The notes under the pieces are model-generated. The model saw nothing but the letters and a program-made list of their open reading frames with translations. It searched no databases and was not told the DNA's origin. From Nitrospirota bacterium (lineage in GTDB: Bacteria; Nitrospirota; Thermodesulfovibrionia; Thermodesulfovibrionales; Dissulfurispiraceae): 64,000 bases of DNA. The translations under genes were made by a program, and so were the position numbers. Positions 52,671-63,021 of this stretch are shown here, piece after piece (positions within the stretch are counted from its first letter, which is position 1; each line of letters starts with the position of its first letter). The stretch lies in the NCBI GenBank assembly GCA_963780885.1, contig CAWAEO010000002.1:889665-953664 (forward strand). The letters are read 5' to 3'.

Positions 52671-55600
52671 CTAATGCCGATGATGGATTATTGACAACAG
52701 TATATCGAAGACCTTCTCCTGTATATCTTCGTCAGATGTCCGTTGTTCGATGAGTTCCCTGAGCCGTTCGTCACGTTCGTGGACAAAATGTGAATACTCT
52801 TCGAGCAGATGATGAGCATCCTCCCCCTTATGCGGTACCCGGGTGAGCCCGCGTATTCCGGCATTGGAAAGAAAAACGATTAACTCATCCTGACCAGCAT
52901 TCTTGGTCAGCACAAAGGCCAATTCCTTCTTTCCTTTCTTAAAGCGCACGCCATGTGTAGTGAACATATCTGCGACTATGGCCTCAGGAGTCCCAGCCGC
53001 AGGAATGTCGAAAGTGTCAAAAGGAGCACTTGCATCGAGGAAATCGGATTGGTAGGACTTCAGCAGATATCCCGCGTTGATCTCAATTTCTTTCAATATC
53101 TGATCAGCAAGCTCAGTTGGCGTCACCTTCTCTCGCCTTTTCGCTCTATTCTTGTTGGCGATTGCCTTTTCTTCCTTCCGGCGGACGAGTTCGAAGAATT
53201 GCCGTAAGTATGCATGGAGCTCATCTATTAGTTTATCTCTTTGCTTATTTGATTCTATACCGAGCAGTTCCAGTACCGCGTCGTCAAGTTCACGGCGATC
53301 CGGCATGTCGAGCTCGCATTCATCCGAAAGAGAGTCAAGTTCGGCTTCTTTGCCGGCTTGACGGTATGCCATTTCTCTGAGACGGTGCTCTGATAGGTAA
53401 TAAAGAGCAGTTCTTTCCTTCATCTTACTGAATACTTTAACCACATTCTGAATTGTTTTCTTATTTGCCTTTCGCGGATCCGGAACAAGCATCATATTGA
53501 CGTCAACTACCATCGTACTCCAGTTACCCTCGTTTCCCACTGGTCGCCCATACTGGTGGCTCGACAGAAGCACCCATGATGAATTGAGTATTCCTCCCCA
53601 AAGATCGGGGTCGTCAAGATTCTCAGGCGGGTAAATTTCGTATAATCGGCAGTTAGCAATAAGCCTCTCAGCATTTGCAGGAGCTATATGTCGATACTGT
53701 TTCTCCTTTGGCCAAAGGGCCGGTGCACGTCTATGACCAGTGAGGTCGTACCATTCCCTATCGCTGCCAACTCTTGAGGCACAAGAGACATTCCTATGGA
53801 AGTTATTCTTTTCTCCCCACCTGATATATTCGAAAACATGTGTGCCCTTGAGCTTCTCCTTGTTCCCGGATACAAGCAGAATTAGCTTCCCGCAGTCCGT
53901 TGAGTCGACGGAATACTTCTTTATCTCCATAAGGCTGTGAACTTCTGGCTCAAGATATTTCGATTCGATTGCGTGTAGCTCGCTGCCTTCCTTCCCCGAT
54001 AAAACCAGCTTGATCTTCCCCGATTGAAATGTCTTTCGCTCGTAGCCAGTCTCCTTTTCGAAGGCCTCCGAATCTTTGAACTTTTCAATATAGTCTTGAG
54101 TGACATCCTTCACATAAAAGAAATCGTCGCAGCCGGACTTCACTCCGTATTTCGTCTCAGCTATCTCCCCTAAGTGCGCCCATCTATAGCCCGTCGTGCT
54201 CTGCAAGTCAAACCAGAAATCCGGGGCGCGAAGATGAATGCCCCATTTGCCTCCGTAGTATCTATCACCTTCGCCCATTATTGCGCTGAGTTTGATGCCA
54301 TCAGCATATAGTTCCGACTGCCTGACCAACCGAACGCGATAATCGCTCATTGTCATAGTTGCTGTAAGGCTAAGAATTTTATCCCGGAAGGCGTTTGCAG
54401 CTTCAATCGCACCGGCTGTAGTCCCATCGTGCCCCAGGATCTCACTGATTGGTTGGCGAAGCTGAACGAAGCGGACGATATTTCCCGCACGTTTCTTTTC
54501 GTCCCGCTGGCGGCGAAGAATCGTCACCGTAGTAACAACTCGCGCTCCAACAAACCATGGCTCGTCTATACTCTCAAGGATGGCGACAATCTCGAAGTTC
54601 TTGAGTATCCACTCCTGCAGCGGAAACCCGTATTCTACATCCAGCCATTGGCTGGACGTCAAGAAGCACAGGTAGCCATCATCCTTGAGAAACGTTGCAG
54701 CGTGTGTCCAAAAATAACAATGGATATCGCTTCGCCCGCTCAACTCAATGCCCGCTTCCTTTTTTGCCAGATCGAGGTAATACTCCTTAGTGCCGTGCTG
54801 TACCCCCCCTTTGGTTTTTTTGCTCGAAGCCTTGGGAATGTCTTCCTGGCGGATATACGGGGGATTACCAACAACAGCATCGAGAGAAGGGACCAGGATA
54901 TCTCGGTGCTGTATCGCCCCAAGCCCTTTTGCCGCAATCTTGCTCGGGAGGCTAAGCAGCCGCTTGTGAGTCATGACCTCGAAGAAGTCGTTGCGAGCTA
55001 TCTGTGGATAGTTCTCATCATCGATCAGGTCGCGGGTTGCAAGGTTTATCGTTGTCAGGTGTGTTGCGAAATGTGAGACATCGACTCCGTACAAATCAGT
55101 CAGAATCTCACCGTGCCTTCGCTCAGGTGCAAGTTCGCGTTTCCTAGCGTATGCCCTGACGAGGAATGTGCCACCGCCACAGGCTGGGTCCATGACTTTC
55201 TCACGACCATTCACGATACAGAAGCTATTGATCAGATCCACAACCTCCGGACGGGTATAGAACTGACCGTACTTGTGCCGTTCTTCTGGAGAGATAAGCC
55301 GTTCAAAGATACTGCCGATAATCTCGTAGTCGAGCTTCGAGAAGTCAAAATCGTGGATTTGGTCTATAAGTGCACGCCAGTGTGGCACAGCGCTATCAGC
55401 ATAAAAAGGAATTCTATTTCCGATACTCGTATGTTCTTCGCCGAAAACGGTTTCGTAGTCCCTGGTGACTTGCTTCGCTTCAGCGAAAAAGCCCTCAAGG
55501 TGGGTTCTAAGGGCTTCAGCTGTATCTATGTGCTCAGGTACCGTAATTTTGTGCATCTTAGCACCGTACCTCTTCAGAAGTGCTTCATGGAATACCAGCT

Positions 55601-56420
55601 TATTGACGAGAGAGTAACAAGAAAATTGTGATACACGTTCCAGGTTTTCCCTGATTCCTTCCGGATCGTCGTAAATAATCCATCCCTGCTCATCACGCAT
55701 CCATTTATCAATATCTATTTTGAATTTTGACTTCTGGTATGCAGTCTCCAGATATTCGAGGGTCATAATGATGGGCATTTTTAGGGCAGACTCGAGAGCT
55801 GAGATGAATTTTTCATCAGGTGGCTGTATACCTATACTGAAGGTACCCTTAAGGACAGAAGCGAATTCATGAAGAAACTGAGCAAGCCACAACTGAATGG
55901 CACGAACTGTATGAGGGTTCTCAATATGACTGGCCTTGTGAATAGGAGGTTCAGCTACATTCCAAGCTGTAAATTTCCTTTCGGTCCGGGCTGTCTTTGC
56001 TTCGAAGGATTCCCAAAGCACAAACTCATTCACGTTCCAGGTAAAGAAATGCTTTGCCCCAGCCCTCTCCGCTTTCTTCCTGGCATCCTGAACTACTACC
56101 TCGTTGAATGGTGTGCTGCCGTCCTTGGCAAATGGGAGCTTTACCTCTCCGGTCAGGATGATTACCTTGTTCTTGTCATAAAGGGTGAGGTCACGACGCT
56201 TATTGCTGCCAGAGCCCCGCTGCTCGCATTTCGCCCGGAAGAAAGGCAAAGAGGGATTTTTTGCTAGGATCTCGTTGATCCAGCTGGCGACATCAGCGGT
56301 GAATTCCCATTCCGTGATAGGCTCCGTCATATGGTATTGATCTGATCGTTTCGGCTTAACATTGCTCTTCATTCTATCAAAAACCCCCCTAAATATGTAA
56401 GAAACGTCCAACTTGTCCAA
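52671..56420 (-). CDS. Type IIG restriction-modification enzyme (PD-ExK nuclease fused to a gamma-class N6-adenine methyltransferase and specificity region)
   Basis: 1249 aa. The N-terminus has RRDLTLYD...LTGEVKLP (D...E-x-K). Motif I is VMDPACGGGTFLV and motif IV is VVGNPPYIRQ. The start codon is uncertain (TTG at 56420 or a downstream ATG). Confidence 0.75.
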   Translation of the reverse strand: MDKLDVSYIFRGVFDRMKSNVKPKRSDQYHMTEPITEWEFTADVASWINEILAKNPSLPFFRAKCEQRGSGSNKRRDLTLYDKNKVIILTGEVKLPFAKDGSTPFNEVVVQDARKKAERAGAKHFFTWNVNEFVLWESFEAKTARTERKFTAWNVAEPPIHKASHIENPHTVRAIQLWLAQFLHEFASVLKGTFSIGIQPPDEKFISALESALKMPIIMTLEYLETAYQKSKFKIDIDKWMRDEQGWIIYDDPEGIRENLERVSQFSCYSLVNKLVFHEALLKRYGAKMHKITVPEHIDTAEALRTHLEGFFAEAKQVTRDYETVFGEEHTSIGNRIPFYADSAVPHWRALIDQIHDFDFSKLDYEIIGSIFERLISPEERHKYGQFYTRPEVVDLINSFCIVNGREKVMDPACGGGTFLVRAYARKRELAPERRHGEILTDLYGVDVSHFATHLTTINLATRDLIDDENYPQIARNDFFEVMTHKRLLSLPSKIAAKGLGAIQHRDILVPSLDAVVGNPPYIRQEDIPKASSKKTKGGVQHGTKEYYLDLAKKEAGIELSGRSDIHCYFWTHAATFLKDDGYLCFLTSSQWLDVEYGFPLQEWILKNFEIVAILESIDEPWFVGARVVTTVTILRRQRDEKKRAGNIVRFVQLRQPISEILGHDGTTAGAIEAANAFRDKILSLTATMTMSDYRVRLVRQSELYADGIKLSAIMGEGDRYYGGKWGIHLRAPDFWFDLQSTTGYRWAHLGEIAETKYGVKSGCDDFFYVKDVTQDYIEKFKDSEAFEKETGYERKTFQSGKIKLVLSGKEGSELHAIESKYLEPEVHSLMEIKKYSVDSTDCGKLILLVSGNKEKLKGTHVFEYIRWGEKNNFHRNVSCASRVGSDREWYDLTGHRRAPALWPKEKQYRHIAPANAERLIANCRLYEIYPPENLDDPDLWGGILNSSWVLLSSHQYGRPVGNEGNWSTMVVDVNMMLVPDPRKANKKTIQNVVKVFSKMKERTALYYLSEHRLREMAYRQAGKEAELDSLSDECELDMPDRRELDDAVLELLGIESNKQRDKLIDELHAYLRQFFELVRRKEEKAIANKNRAKRREKVTPTELADQILKEIEINAGYLLKSYQSDFLDASAPFDTFDIPAAGTPEAIVADMFTTHGVRFKKGKKELAFVLTKNAGQDELIVFLSNAGIRGLTRVPHKGEDAHHLLEEYSHFVHERDERLRELIEQRTSDEDIQEKVFDILLSIIHHRH

Positions 56421-57104
56421 CTCAAGGAAAGTAGTTTGGTAATGTTACCCCAAAATTACTCATTGATTATGAATCGCTAAAGCGACATTCCGCTTATTCG
56501 AGGATACTTAGGAGACAGAATTTATTGTTGGCTTTTGCCACCTGGCTGGACACATTGCGCCGGTGTTTCTTTAACAATTTCCGCTTGACTTCTCATAATC
56601 CTCATGTAGCCTGGCGGTATCGGTTTTCTGTGAGGATGTCGGAAAAGCAGATTGCCGGCCGGAACAATGCTCATTATCGATAAGATCGCAGAAATACTAA
56701 CAAATATCCGTCTAACAACCTGTCAACAGATAGTTTTTATCGATCCCACTATGAAAATCTTAATATTTTATCGAAAGGCGGTATAGCGGTATCAACAACA
56801 CTTTTCCCACCCCTATCATCGGCATAATATGCCGTTATGGTATTGTCCGGCTGTTTTTCAATGATGATTTTATGCATGCGGCATTGCTGTTGAAAAGAAT
56901 ATCCGTTATGCGTATGCTCAAGGATGACCCGAAGTTTTTCAATTATGGATGCGGTCAAATCAATGTCCCTTTTTCAGTCTCTTCAATATTCTGAGGAGGT
57001 GTCTTATTTTTGATTTTCCCTTTACTTCGTGGAGTGAAGGGTAAACTCGCAGCCAGCCGGACTTATCGGATTCTACAGATTTCTTTGTCTGTCTCATCTA
57101 AAAA

Positions 57105-57368
57105 TCAGTCCCGCCTATTCATCAAATCCCCGAGCAATCCCATGTCGGTAGATATAGAGAATATTTCGTCAGTGACCTTCTCAAGTGCCTGTAGACATTG
57201 GGGGCATAAGTCACTAAAACTCGATTCCTTAAAGCCCTTACACTTCCCGCCACATTGTCCGACTTAGCTCTCATGAAGGATAGCGTCGATAGTATCTTTA
57301 TTTTGGGCGACTTCTTCAGCCAGTTTCTCATTAAAAACGTGTTCTCTTTGTTCCCTGTTCATAGGCAT
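57105..57368 (-). pseudogene. Small Cys4 zinc-finger ORF (TraR/DksA-like?) interrupted by an in-frame TAA
   Basis: The RBS ggggagg lies 8 nt before ATG 57368, giving MPMNREQREHVFNEKLAEEVAQNKDTIDAILHES, then TAA (57264-57266). VGQCGGKCKGFKESSFSDLCPQCLQALEK... continues in the same frame to the TGA at 57105. Confidence 0.35.
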
Positions 57369-57494
57369 ATTTGTTTACCTCCCCTTAACCCACTCTGCTA
57401 TTTTGAAAGCAACCCCTATTACTTTTTCAGATTCCATATGCCTGGCCACCTGCACGTCAACACTGTCAATCACCAGATTGCTAAATTCAGGTTT

Positions 57495-58163
57495 TCACTC
57501 TTCTGATGGCAGTATATTTTCATCAGAATCAAATTTCGGCGAATTGACAACAGTAGACACACGGTACATATCCATTTCTTCTGAAGGATACGGACATAGG
57601 ATAGCTTTCAATGCCTCATAATCCTGACACCCCGGATCTAGCCAGATGTCCATCTTTTGTTCCGGAACAATCACCGGCATGCGGTTGTGAATAGACGAAA
57701 CTAAATCATTAGACTCTGTTGTTATGATTGCACAGCCGCAGATTTTCTCCCCATCAGTAGATGACGAATAATGATATAGCCCTGCAAAACCCATAGGTCT
57801 GCCGGATTTTAACCTTATATAAAAAGGGATCTTCTTCTGTTTCTCTCTCTTCCATTCGTAAAATCCGTCGGCAATGACTAAACATCGCTGCTTCTTAAAT
57901 GCTTCTTTGAAGTATGGTCTTTGATCAATAGTTTCAGCCCTCGCATTAATCACGGGGCTTCCCTCTGACAGGTCTTTAATCCATGACGGCAAAAAACCCC
58001 AACAACACTTTATCAATTCCCGCTTGCCTGTATCATTGATAATGATAATGTCCTGTGAAGGGGCTATGTTATAGCTCTTAGTTAGTTCAAATGACGCAGG
58101 GGAGGCATGGAATATCTCGACAACTGATGATACCGGACTGTTTCTGACAAATCTGCCGCACAC
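57495..58163 (-). CDS. yedK: SOS-response-associated peptidase (SRAP/YedK family, abasic-site sensor)
   Basis: 222 aa. It begins with the invariant MCGRF. Also contains NARAETI, RCLVIADGFYEW and RMPVI. Confidence 0.92.
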   Translation of the reverse strand: MCGRFVRNSPVSSVVEIFHASPASFELTKSYNIAPSQDIIIINDTGKRELIKCCWGFLPSWIKDLSEGSPVINARAETIDQRPYFKEAFKKQRCLVIADGFYEWKREKQKKIPFYIRLKSGRPMGFAGLYHYSSSTDGEKICGCAIITTESNDLVSSIHNRMPVIVPEQKMDIWLDPGCQDYEALKAILCPYPSEEMDMYRVSTVVNSPKFDSDENILPSEE

Positions 58164-58334
58164 TTAAGAATTAGCCGAGTAAAGAAAGAATAAGACCGAG
58201 AGAATAGCCGCAATAATGGCAAATCCTACAATCTTCCAGTTGAACTTATAACGCTTTTTCCCCGTACGAATTAGTCCGCCGTTGTCATAATCAATCCTGC
58301 TTTCTCGATACCAATCACGATCATACATTGACAT
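58164..58334 (-). CDS. Small single-TM protein directly upstream of the SRAP gene
   Basis: 56 aa from MSMYDRDWYRES, with the C-terminal TM IVGFAIIAAILSVLFFLY. Its stop abuts the SRAP start. Confidence 0.4.
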   Translation of the reverse strand: MSMYDRDWYRESRIDYDNGGLIRTGKKRYKFNWKIVGFAIIAAILSVLFFLYSANS

Positions 58335-58561
58335 AAATTTAATATAGATTAAGTATGAGGAAAAATTCAATTACAGGTGTTGACAGGCGTCGAATTTAGA
58401 CCCAGTATCGGCGTCCAATTCGACTTACTTAAACTTGCTGCATCAATGTAAATCAAAATGTTATAGATTAAGTGGGTCAATCTTCGATGCCAATACTGGA
58501 TCAAAATTGAAAGCCGATATACACTTTACACAGGCTATGCTTTTTATAGTAGAGTATCGCT

Positions 58562-59350
58562 ATGGGGAAGTCCGAGCCAAAAACAATCAGTCAATGGATA
58601 TGGTCATGGAGCGTGGTGGGGGGTATCGTTCTATTCCTTTTGGGAACAGGGGTGGCATTCATGACTTCTTCCCATCCCTATATCGCAGATTTATTTTTTT
58701 TAGCGGGTGCTGGCTTATTTTTAGTTAAATTTCTCTCCTGGGATTTATCTAAACAGCATCAGCAAAAAAAATCAATTCAAGGAATTGCAATTATTATTAC
58801 ATTGATTATTACTGCTGGTGTAATAGTTGGTAATCACTATATAAACCATATTTCGCCTTCATCTGCCGAAGTGCCAGAATTTGATTTTAAATTTGGTGCC
58901 ATTTATTCAGGACATATAAATAGACAGCCCCTCATTACAATTGGTGGTTTGGCGATAAACCGAACAGGGCCTCAAAGTGCGTTAACCGACTGGAAAATGA
59001 TTGTCGAATTTCCAAGTGGCAAAAAAATTGTGGGGGAGATACCTATGATTAATGCAAAGGATATCACGATACCAATGTCATCAATATCTTCAATCCCAGA
59101 CCTACAATTTACTTTTCGCGCTGATGCATACTTACCAAGGGCAAGTCATAATCCTATTATAGCTGGCGGCACTTTGGAGGGATGGTTACTGTCCATCTTT
59201 CCAAACTTAGACTTTCAAGAAGCCCGAGAACAACGTGCGTCCATAGTTATAGAATTTCAGGATGTAGTCAGCCGAACGATACATAGATTTTCATTTACAC
59301 CGAGCCGATGGGCAGGGGATCCGTCAGGTTCCAGCCAATTTGCTAATTGA
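58562..59350 (+). CDS. Hypothetical membrane protein (three TM helices plus a beta-rich C-terminal domain)
   Basis: 262 aa. No family recognised. Confidence 0.45.
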   Translation: MGKSEPKTISQWIWSWSVVGGIVLFLLGTGVAFMTSSHPYIADLFFLAGAGLFLVKFLSWDLSKQHQQKKSIQGIAIIITLIITAGVIVGNHYINHISPSSAEVPEFDFKFGAIYSGHINRQPLITIGGLAINRTGPQSALTDWKMIVEFPSGKKIVGEIPMINAKDITIPMSSISSIPDLQFTFRADAYLPRASHNPIIAGGTLEGWLLSIFPNLDFQEAREQRASIVIEFQDVVSRTIHRFSFTPSRWAGDPSGSSQFAN

Positions 59351-59828
59351 GCCACCAGCACTCAAACAGCAAGCACCGACCTATTGGATAGTGTTAGCCA
59401 TCTTCGGAGCAGTTATTTTTTGCTGGTGGCTATTTGGAATGAGCATAACTATTAAAGAGTTTAATGAAGCGGCAAAACTATTCAGAGACTCTTTCAAAGA
59501 AGAAATCGCTTATATTAAAACCCGTTCTAAAGGTGATACCCCAGACGCTGACCAAATCCTTGAAGAGTCCTTCCAGAAGCATCTCGCAGCGGTGAACGAG
59601 TTTCGTAATTTTCTATCAAAAAAGGAACTTCCAGCTTTCAATAAAGCTTGGGACGACTTTCATATAGTAGATGATGGATTTGGCGATATAGAAGAAAAAT
59701 ACCTAAAACAATATGCTGACGATTTTACGGGTTTCCATGATAAATATCCCCGCGATCCGCATTTGATGGCGATTGAAAGAATTGATGCACTATTAAAGTT
59801 TGCAGCACCTAAGAGGCTTTTTCCATGA
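59340..59828 (+). CDS. Hypothetical single-TM protein
   Basis: 162 aa. It overlaps the previous gene by 11 nt. No family recognised. Confidence 0.4.
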   Translation: MLIEPPALKQQAPTYWIVLAIFGAVIFCWWLFGMSITIKEFNEAAKLFRDSFKEEIAYIKTRSKGDTPDADQILEESFQKHLAAVNEFRNFLSKKELPAFNKAWDDFHIVDDGFGDIEEKYLKQYADDFTGFHDKYPRDPHLMAIERIDALLKFAAPKRLFP

Positions 59829-60174
59829 GTTCCTTATATTCCTTAGGAGAAAATTTACCTTGTGTCAAGTATATAATCACGCAAGTTTTCGCTTGACAAA
59901 GACAGAAAGAAGTGTGAGAGCGCGGACAAGGAGTAGATAAGGCGTATATAAAGCTTGCGCAGAAAATGGTTGAAGGATTGAATGCTAAATGGGGTTAGCC
60001 CTTGACATGGATGCCTCAATTTTTTAATAGAAACTATCACACTTCACGAAAGTCCACCGAGGCAAGAGTGCTGTGAGGATCTGAAATCATGAAGGGTGGC
60101 TGAATAAACTGCAGTTTAAAAGTTCCGCAACTATTGTGGAATTGCGAGAATAACTGTCAGAGTTTCTTGCAATG

Positions 60175-60800
60175 TTAAGCATAGCCTTTTCTTGCTTGGT
60201 CACGGACATGGCACTCATGATGAAGGAGTCGAACGTTGCCGTCAGTATAACCGAGAAAAGCTTCGATGCGATCAAGCTCTGAGTTCTTTTGCTCCACGGG
60301 TTTGCCACAAAGAGAGCATAGGCCTTGCTGAGCCTTCCATTTTAGTGCTTTCAGCTTGTTCCGCTCTGCAGTTGATGGGATTTCATATTTTAGTATGGAA
60401 CTGATGAGCAACCCGTGAGAGTCGCCGTATACTTCACTAGTCAAACAGTTTAGAGAGTTGACTACAAAGTCAATTTTATTATTTGTAACAGCACATAGGC
60501 CTCTGTTATCGGCCATTCTATCAGCCAAGCACGACATAATTATGTCCCCTGCTCGCCTATTCACAATGGAAAAATTGTCCTGCCCTAAAGAACGCGCTAT
60601 GTCATCTCCATATTTCTTGATAAGCTTATGTTTCCTAAGAAGTGACGCTATTTCTTTTGTTATTTTGTCATTATGAAGAAAAACATTATTAGCAATTTCG
60701 ATGTCGTTTGTCTTCTTATCTATTTTGAAAACAATTTCCGCATGCTTATCGTCTCCGTAACATTTTCTTATGCTCTTGAAAGCCTTATTGTTGTTTTTCG
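60175..60800 (-). pseudogene. 5'-truncated ORF with a C-terminal HNH-like motif
   Basis: The open frame runs from the stop at about 60806 without any ATG/GTG/TTG until 60564. The C-terminus is LCSLCGKPVEQKNSELDRIEAFLGYTDGNVRLLHHECH (CxxC...D-R/H...N...H). Confidence 0.4.
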
Positions 60801-60891
60801 GATTAATCCGGCCTAAGTTTTCTGATTATGCTGACCCTTTCGAATTAGACTGGCCTGTTGAGAAGGGGGCATCTCTGCCCCCGGCAGTGAA

Positions 60892-61444
60892 TCAGATGAT
60901 TTCAGTTGAAGCAACCCTGACATGATCCGCCGACACCGTCATGCATTTCTCTGCGGCTGCTGCAATCAGGGCACCGCGGGCAAGATTGTTGGCTCTTCTG
61001 AGTAGTCCTCCTGACCCCTGATGTATTGCTGTGACAGCCTGTTCTGAGAACAGATTCTTCTTGCATCCGGCGATATTTTGATGGTGCTGCAGATAAGCGG
61101 CCATATCATCAGCATTAAGAGACTCCATATGCCCTCGTGCGACGACCCGTGACGCCAGCGGCCTGGATTGACGAAACATCAAACTGTCCATAAGATTGTT
61201 CTGTCCGGCAAGAACTATTGGCAGGATAGATTTGGAATCTCCTTCAAACTGAACCAGTGTATGGAGCTCCGAAAAGACATCGAGCCGTATCAGTGATGCC
61301 TCATCAACAATAAGTACGGGTTTCTCTTTCTTGCTTACCATTTCCGCTATACAGCTTTTTATTGTCCTCATAAGAACGGCTTTGGAACTGCCCTTTATTT
61401 CTATGCTAAGTGCATGACATATCTGCTTATAGAGTTCTGCAATC
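60892..61444 (-). pseudogene. TniB/ExeA-like AAA+ transposition ATPase, C-terminal part (gene split by IS3 copy 2)
   Basis: Reading into 61444 gives IAELYKQICHALSIEIKGSSKAVLMRTIKSCIAEMVSKKEKPVLIVDEASL (Walker B) and so on. It joins in frame to 63025 once the IS and one ATC duplicate are removed. Confidence 0.8.
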
Positions 61445-61518
61445 CCCTCTGTGTCAATATAAGTGAGACACCTCCCTTATGCTAAATTAGAGTAGAAGGC
61501 CGGGGAGGAAAAATCATA

Positions 61519-61965
61519 ATGATAGCTGCAAAGGTCAATAAAACACAGACAATGGAGGGAGCCAAGTTGACGGTAGCCCATCCGAACCCAGAGGTGCCGG
61601 ATAAGGCAGTCAGGCGGAGGTTCACTGCCGAATACAAACTGCGTATCCTCACCCTTGCCGATGCATGCACGGGACGCGGAAGTATGGGAACGCTGCTACG
61701 CCGTGAGGGACTGTATGCCTCGAACCTCAATGCGTGGCGCACCCAAAGAGAGCGTGGAGTCCTGTCAGCCCTGAAGCCCAAGAAGCGAGGCCGCAAGGAA
61801 GCAGTTCGCAATCCACTTATTGCGGAAAATGAGAAGCTCCGCAGGGACAATGAACTGATTATCAAACGTCTTAGACAGGCAGAGATCATAATAGATATCC
61901 AAAAAAAAGTATCCGAGATACTGGGAATCCCGCTTGCGATCCCCGAAGGAGGAGAGACCGACTGA
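61519..61965 (+). CDS. IS3-family transposase OrfA (copy 2)
   Basis: Identical in protein sequence to 14589..15035. Confidence 0.9.
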   Translation: MIAAKVNKTQTMEGAKLTVAHPNPEVPDKAVRRRFTAEYKLRILTLADACTGRGSMGTLLRREGLYASNLNAWRTQRERGVLSALKPKKRGRKEAVRNPLIAENEKLRRDNELIIKRLRQAEIIIDIQKKVSEILGIPLAIPEGGETD

Positions 61966-62981
61966 TGGAAGCTGCAGTGACCCTTTCCTCTGAAGTTGGG
62001 ATCAAGCATGCATGTGAAGCGCTTGATGTTGCGCGTGCCGGGTTTTACCGCACACAGGCACGCAAAGATGCCCACTTTGTTGAGCCTGTGCAGGATCGGA
62101 ACTCGCCTCGTTCACTGTCTTCCGAGGAACGGCAGGGAGTACTTGATATCCTCCACACCGACAGATTTGTGGACAAGGCACCCTATGAGGTTTATGCAAC
62201 TCTTTTGGACGAGGGCCAATACCATTGCTCGATACGGACAATGTATCGCATCCTCGATAAGAACAAGGAGGTCAAGGAGCGCAGAAACCAGTTGCGTCAC
62301 CCGGTGTATAGCAAGCCAGAGCTTTTGGCTACAGCCCCGAACCAAGTTTGGTCCTGGGATATCACGAAACTTCTCGGTCCGGTAAAGTGGACATACTTTT
62401 ACCTGTATGTGATCATGGACATCTTCAGCCGCTATATTGTCGGCTCGATGATAGCCCCTGCAGAATCGGCGGTATTGGCAGAGAGGCTCATTGGAGAAAC
62501 CTGTTCAAAGCAGAATATCGGGAGAGATCAGCTCACGATTCATGCCGACAGGGGTTCATCAATGAAATCCAAACCTGTAGCATTACTCCTGGCCGACCTT
62601 GGGATCACGAAGACCCACAGCAGACCGCATACGAGCGATGACAACCCCTATTCAGAGTCCCAGTTTAAGACACTTAAATATCGGCCGGACTTTCCTGAGC
62701 GGTTTGGTAGCATCGAAGACTCTCGGAGCTTCTGCCAGGATTTCTTTCCTTGGTACAACAAAGAGCATCAACATACCGGCATCGGCCTGCATACGCCGGA
62801 AGCTGTACATTACGGCCTTGCACAAGAAATACAGATAGCCAGGGGTGAAGTTCTGCGCGTTGCATATGAAGCACATCCTGAGAGATTTGTTAAAAAAATC
62901 CCTGTGCCGCCGATACTTCCTGAGGCCGTATGGATTAACAAGCCAAAGGCAGCACCAGTTCCTGAAGAGGAAATACACTAA
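61965..62981 (+). CDS. IS3-family transposase OrfB (copy 2)
   Basis: 338 aa, with two amino-acid differences from copy 1. Confidence 0.9.
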   Translation: MEAAVTLSSEVGIKHACEALDVARAGFYRTQARKDAHFVEPVQDRNSPRSLSSEERQGVLDILHTDRFVDKAPYEVYATLLDEGQYHCSIRTMYRILDKNKEVKERRNQLRHPVYSKPELLATAPNQVWSWDITKLLGPVKWTYFYLYVIMDIFSRYIVGSMIAPAESAVLAERLIGETCSKQNIGRDQLTIHADRGSSMKSKPVALLLADLGITKTHSRPHTSDDNPYSESQFKTLKYRPDFPERFGSIEDSRSFCQDFFPWYNKEHQHTGIGLHTPEAVHYGLAQEIQIARGEVLRVAYEAHPERFVKKIPVPPILPEAVWINKPKAAPVPEEEIH

Positions 62982-63021
62982 ATGTGGACGAGGGGTGTCT
63001 CAAAGTCATTGACATATTCCG

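Larger units (their letters stand above)
61445..63021 (+). mobile_element. IS3-family insertion sequence, copy 2 (1577 bp) with a 3-bp ATC target duplication
   Basis: atc at 61442-61444 recurs at 63022-63024. The copy differs from copy 1 by only a few substitutions; OrfB has W/S and R/Q differences. Confidence 0.92.

Noticed and set aside
52671-56420. The 1249-aa methyltransferase as BREX PglX
   Set aside because: No PglZ, BrxC, BrxL or other BREX genes are in the flanks. The N-terminal D...EVK nuclease-like motif fits a self-contained type IIG enzyme better.
13533-63021. The two inverted IS3 copies as ends of a 49-kb composite transposon, or as the cause of a large inversion
   Set aside because: Each copy has its own matched 3-bp duplication (CCA/CCA and ATC/ATC). 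A composite would share one duplication across the outer ends, and a single inversion would have mismatched the flanks.
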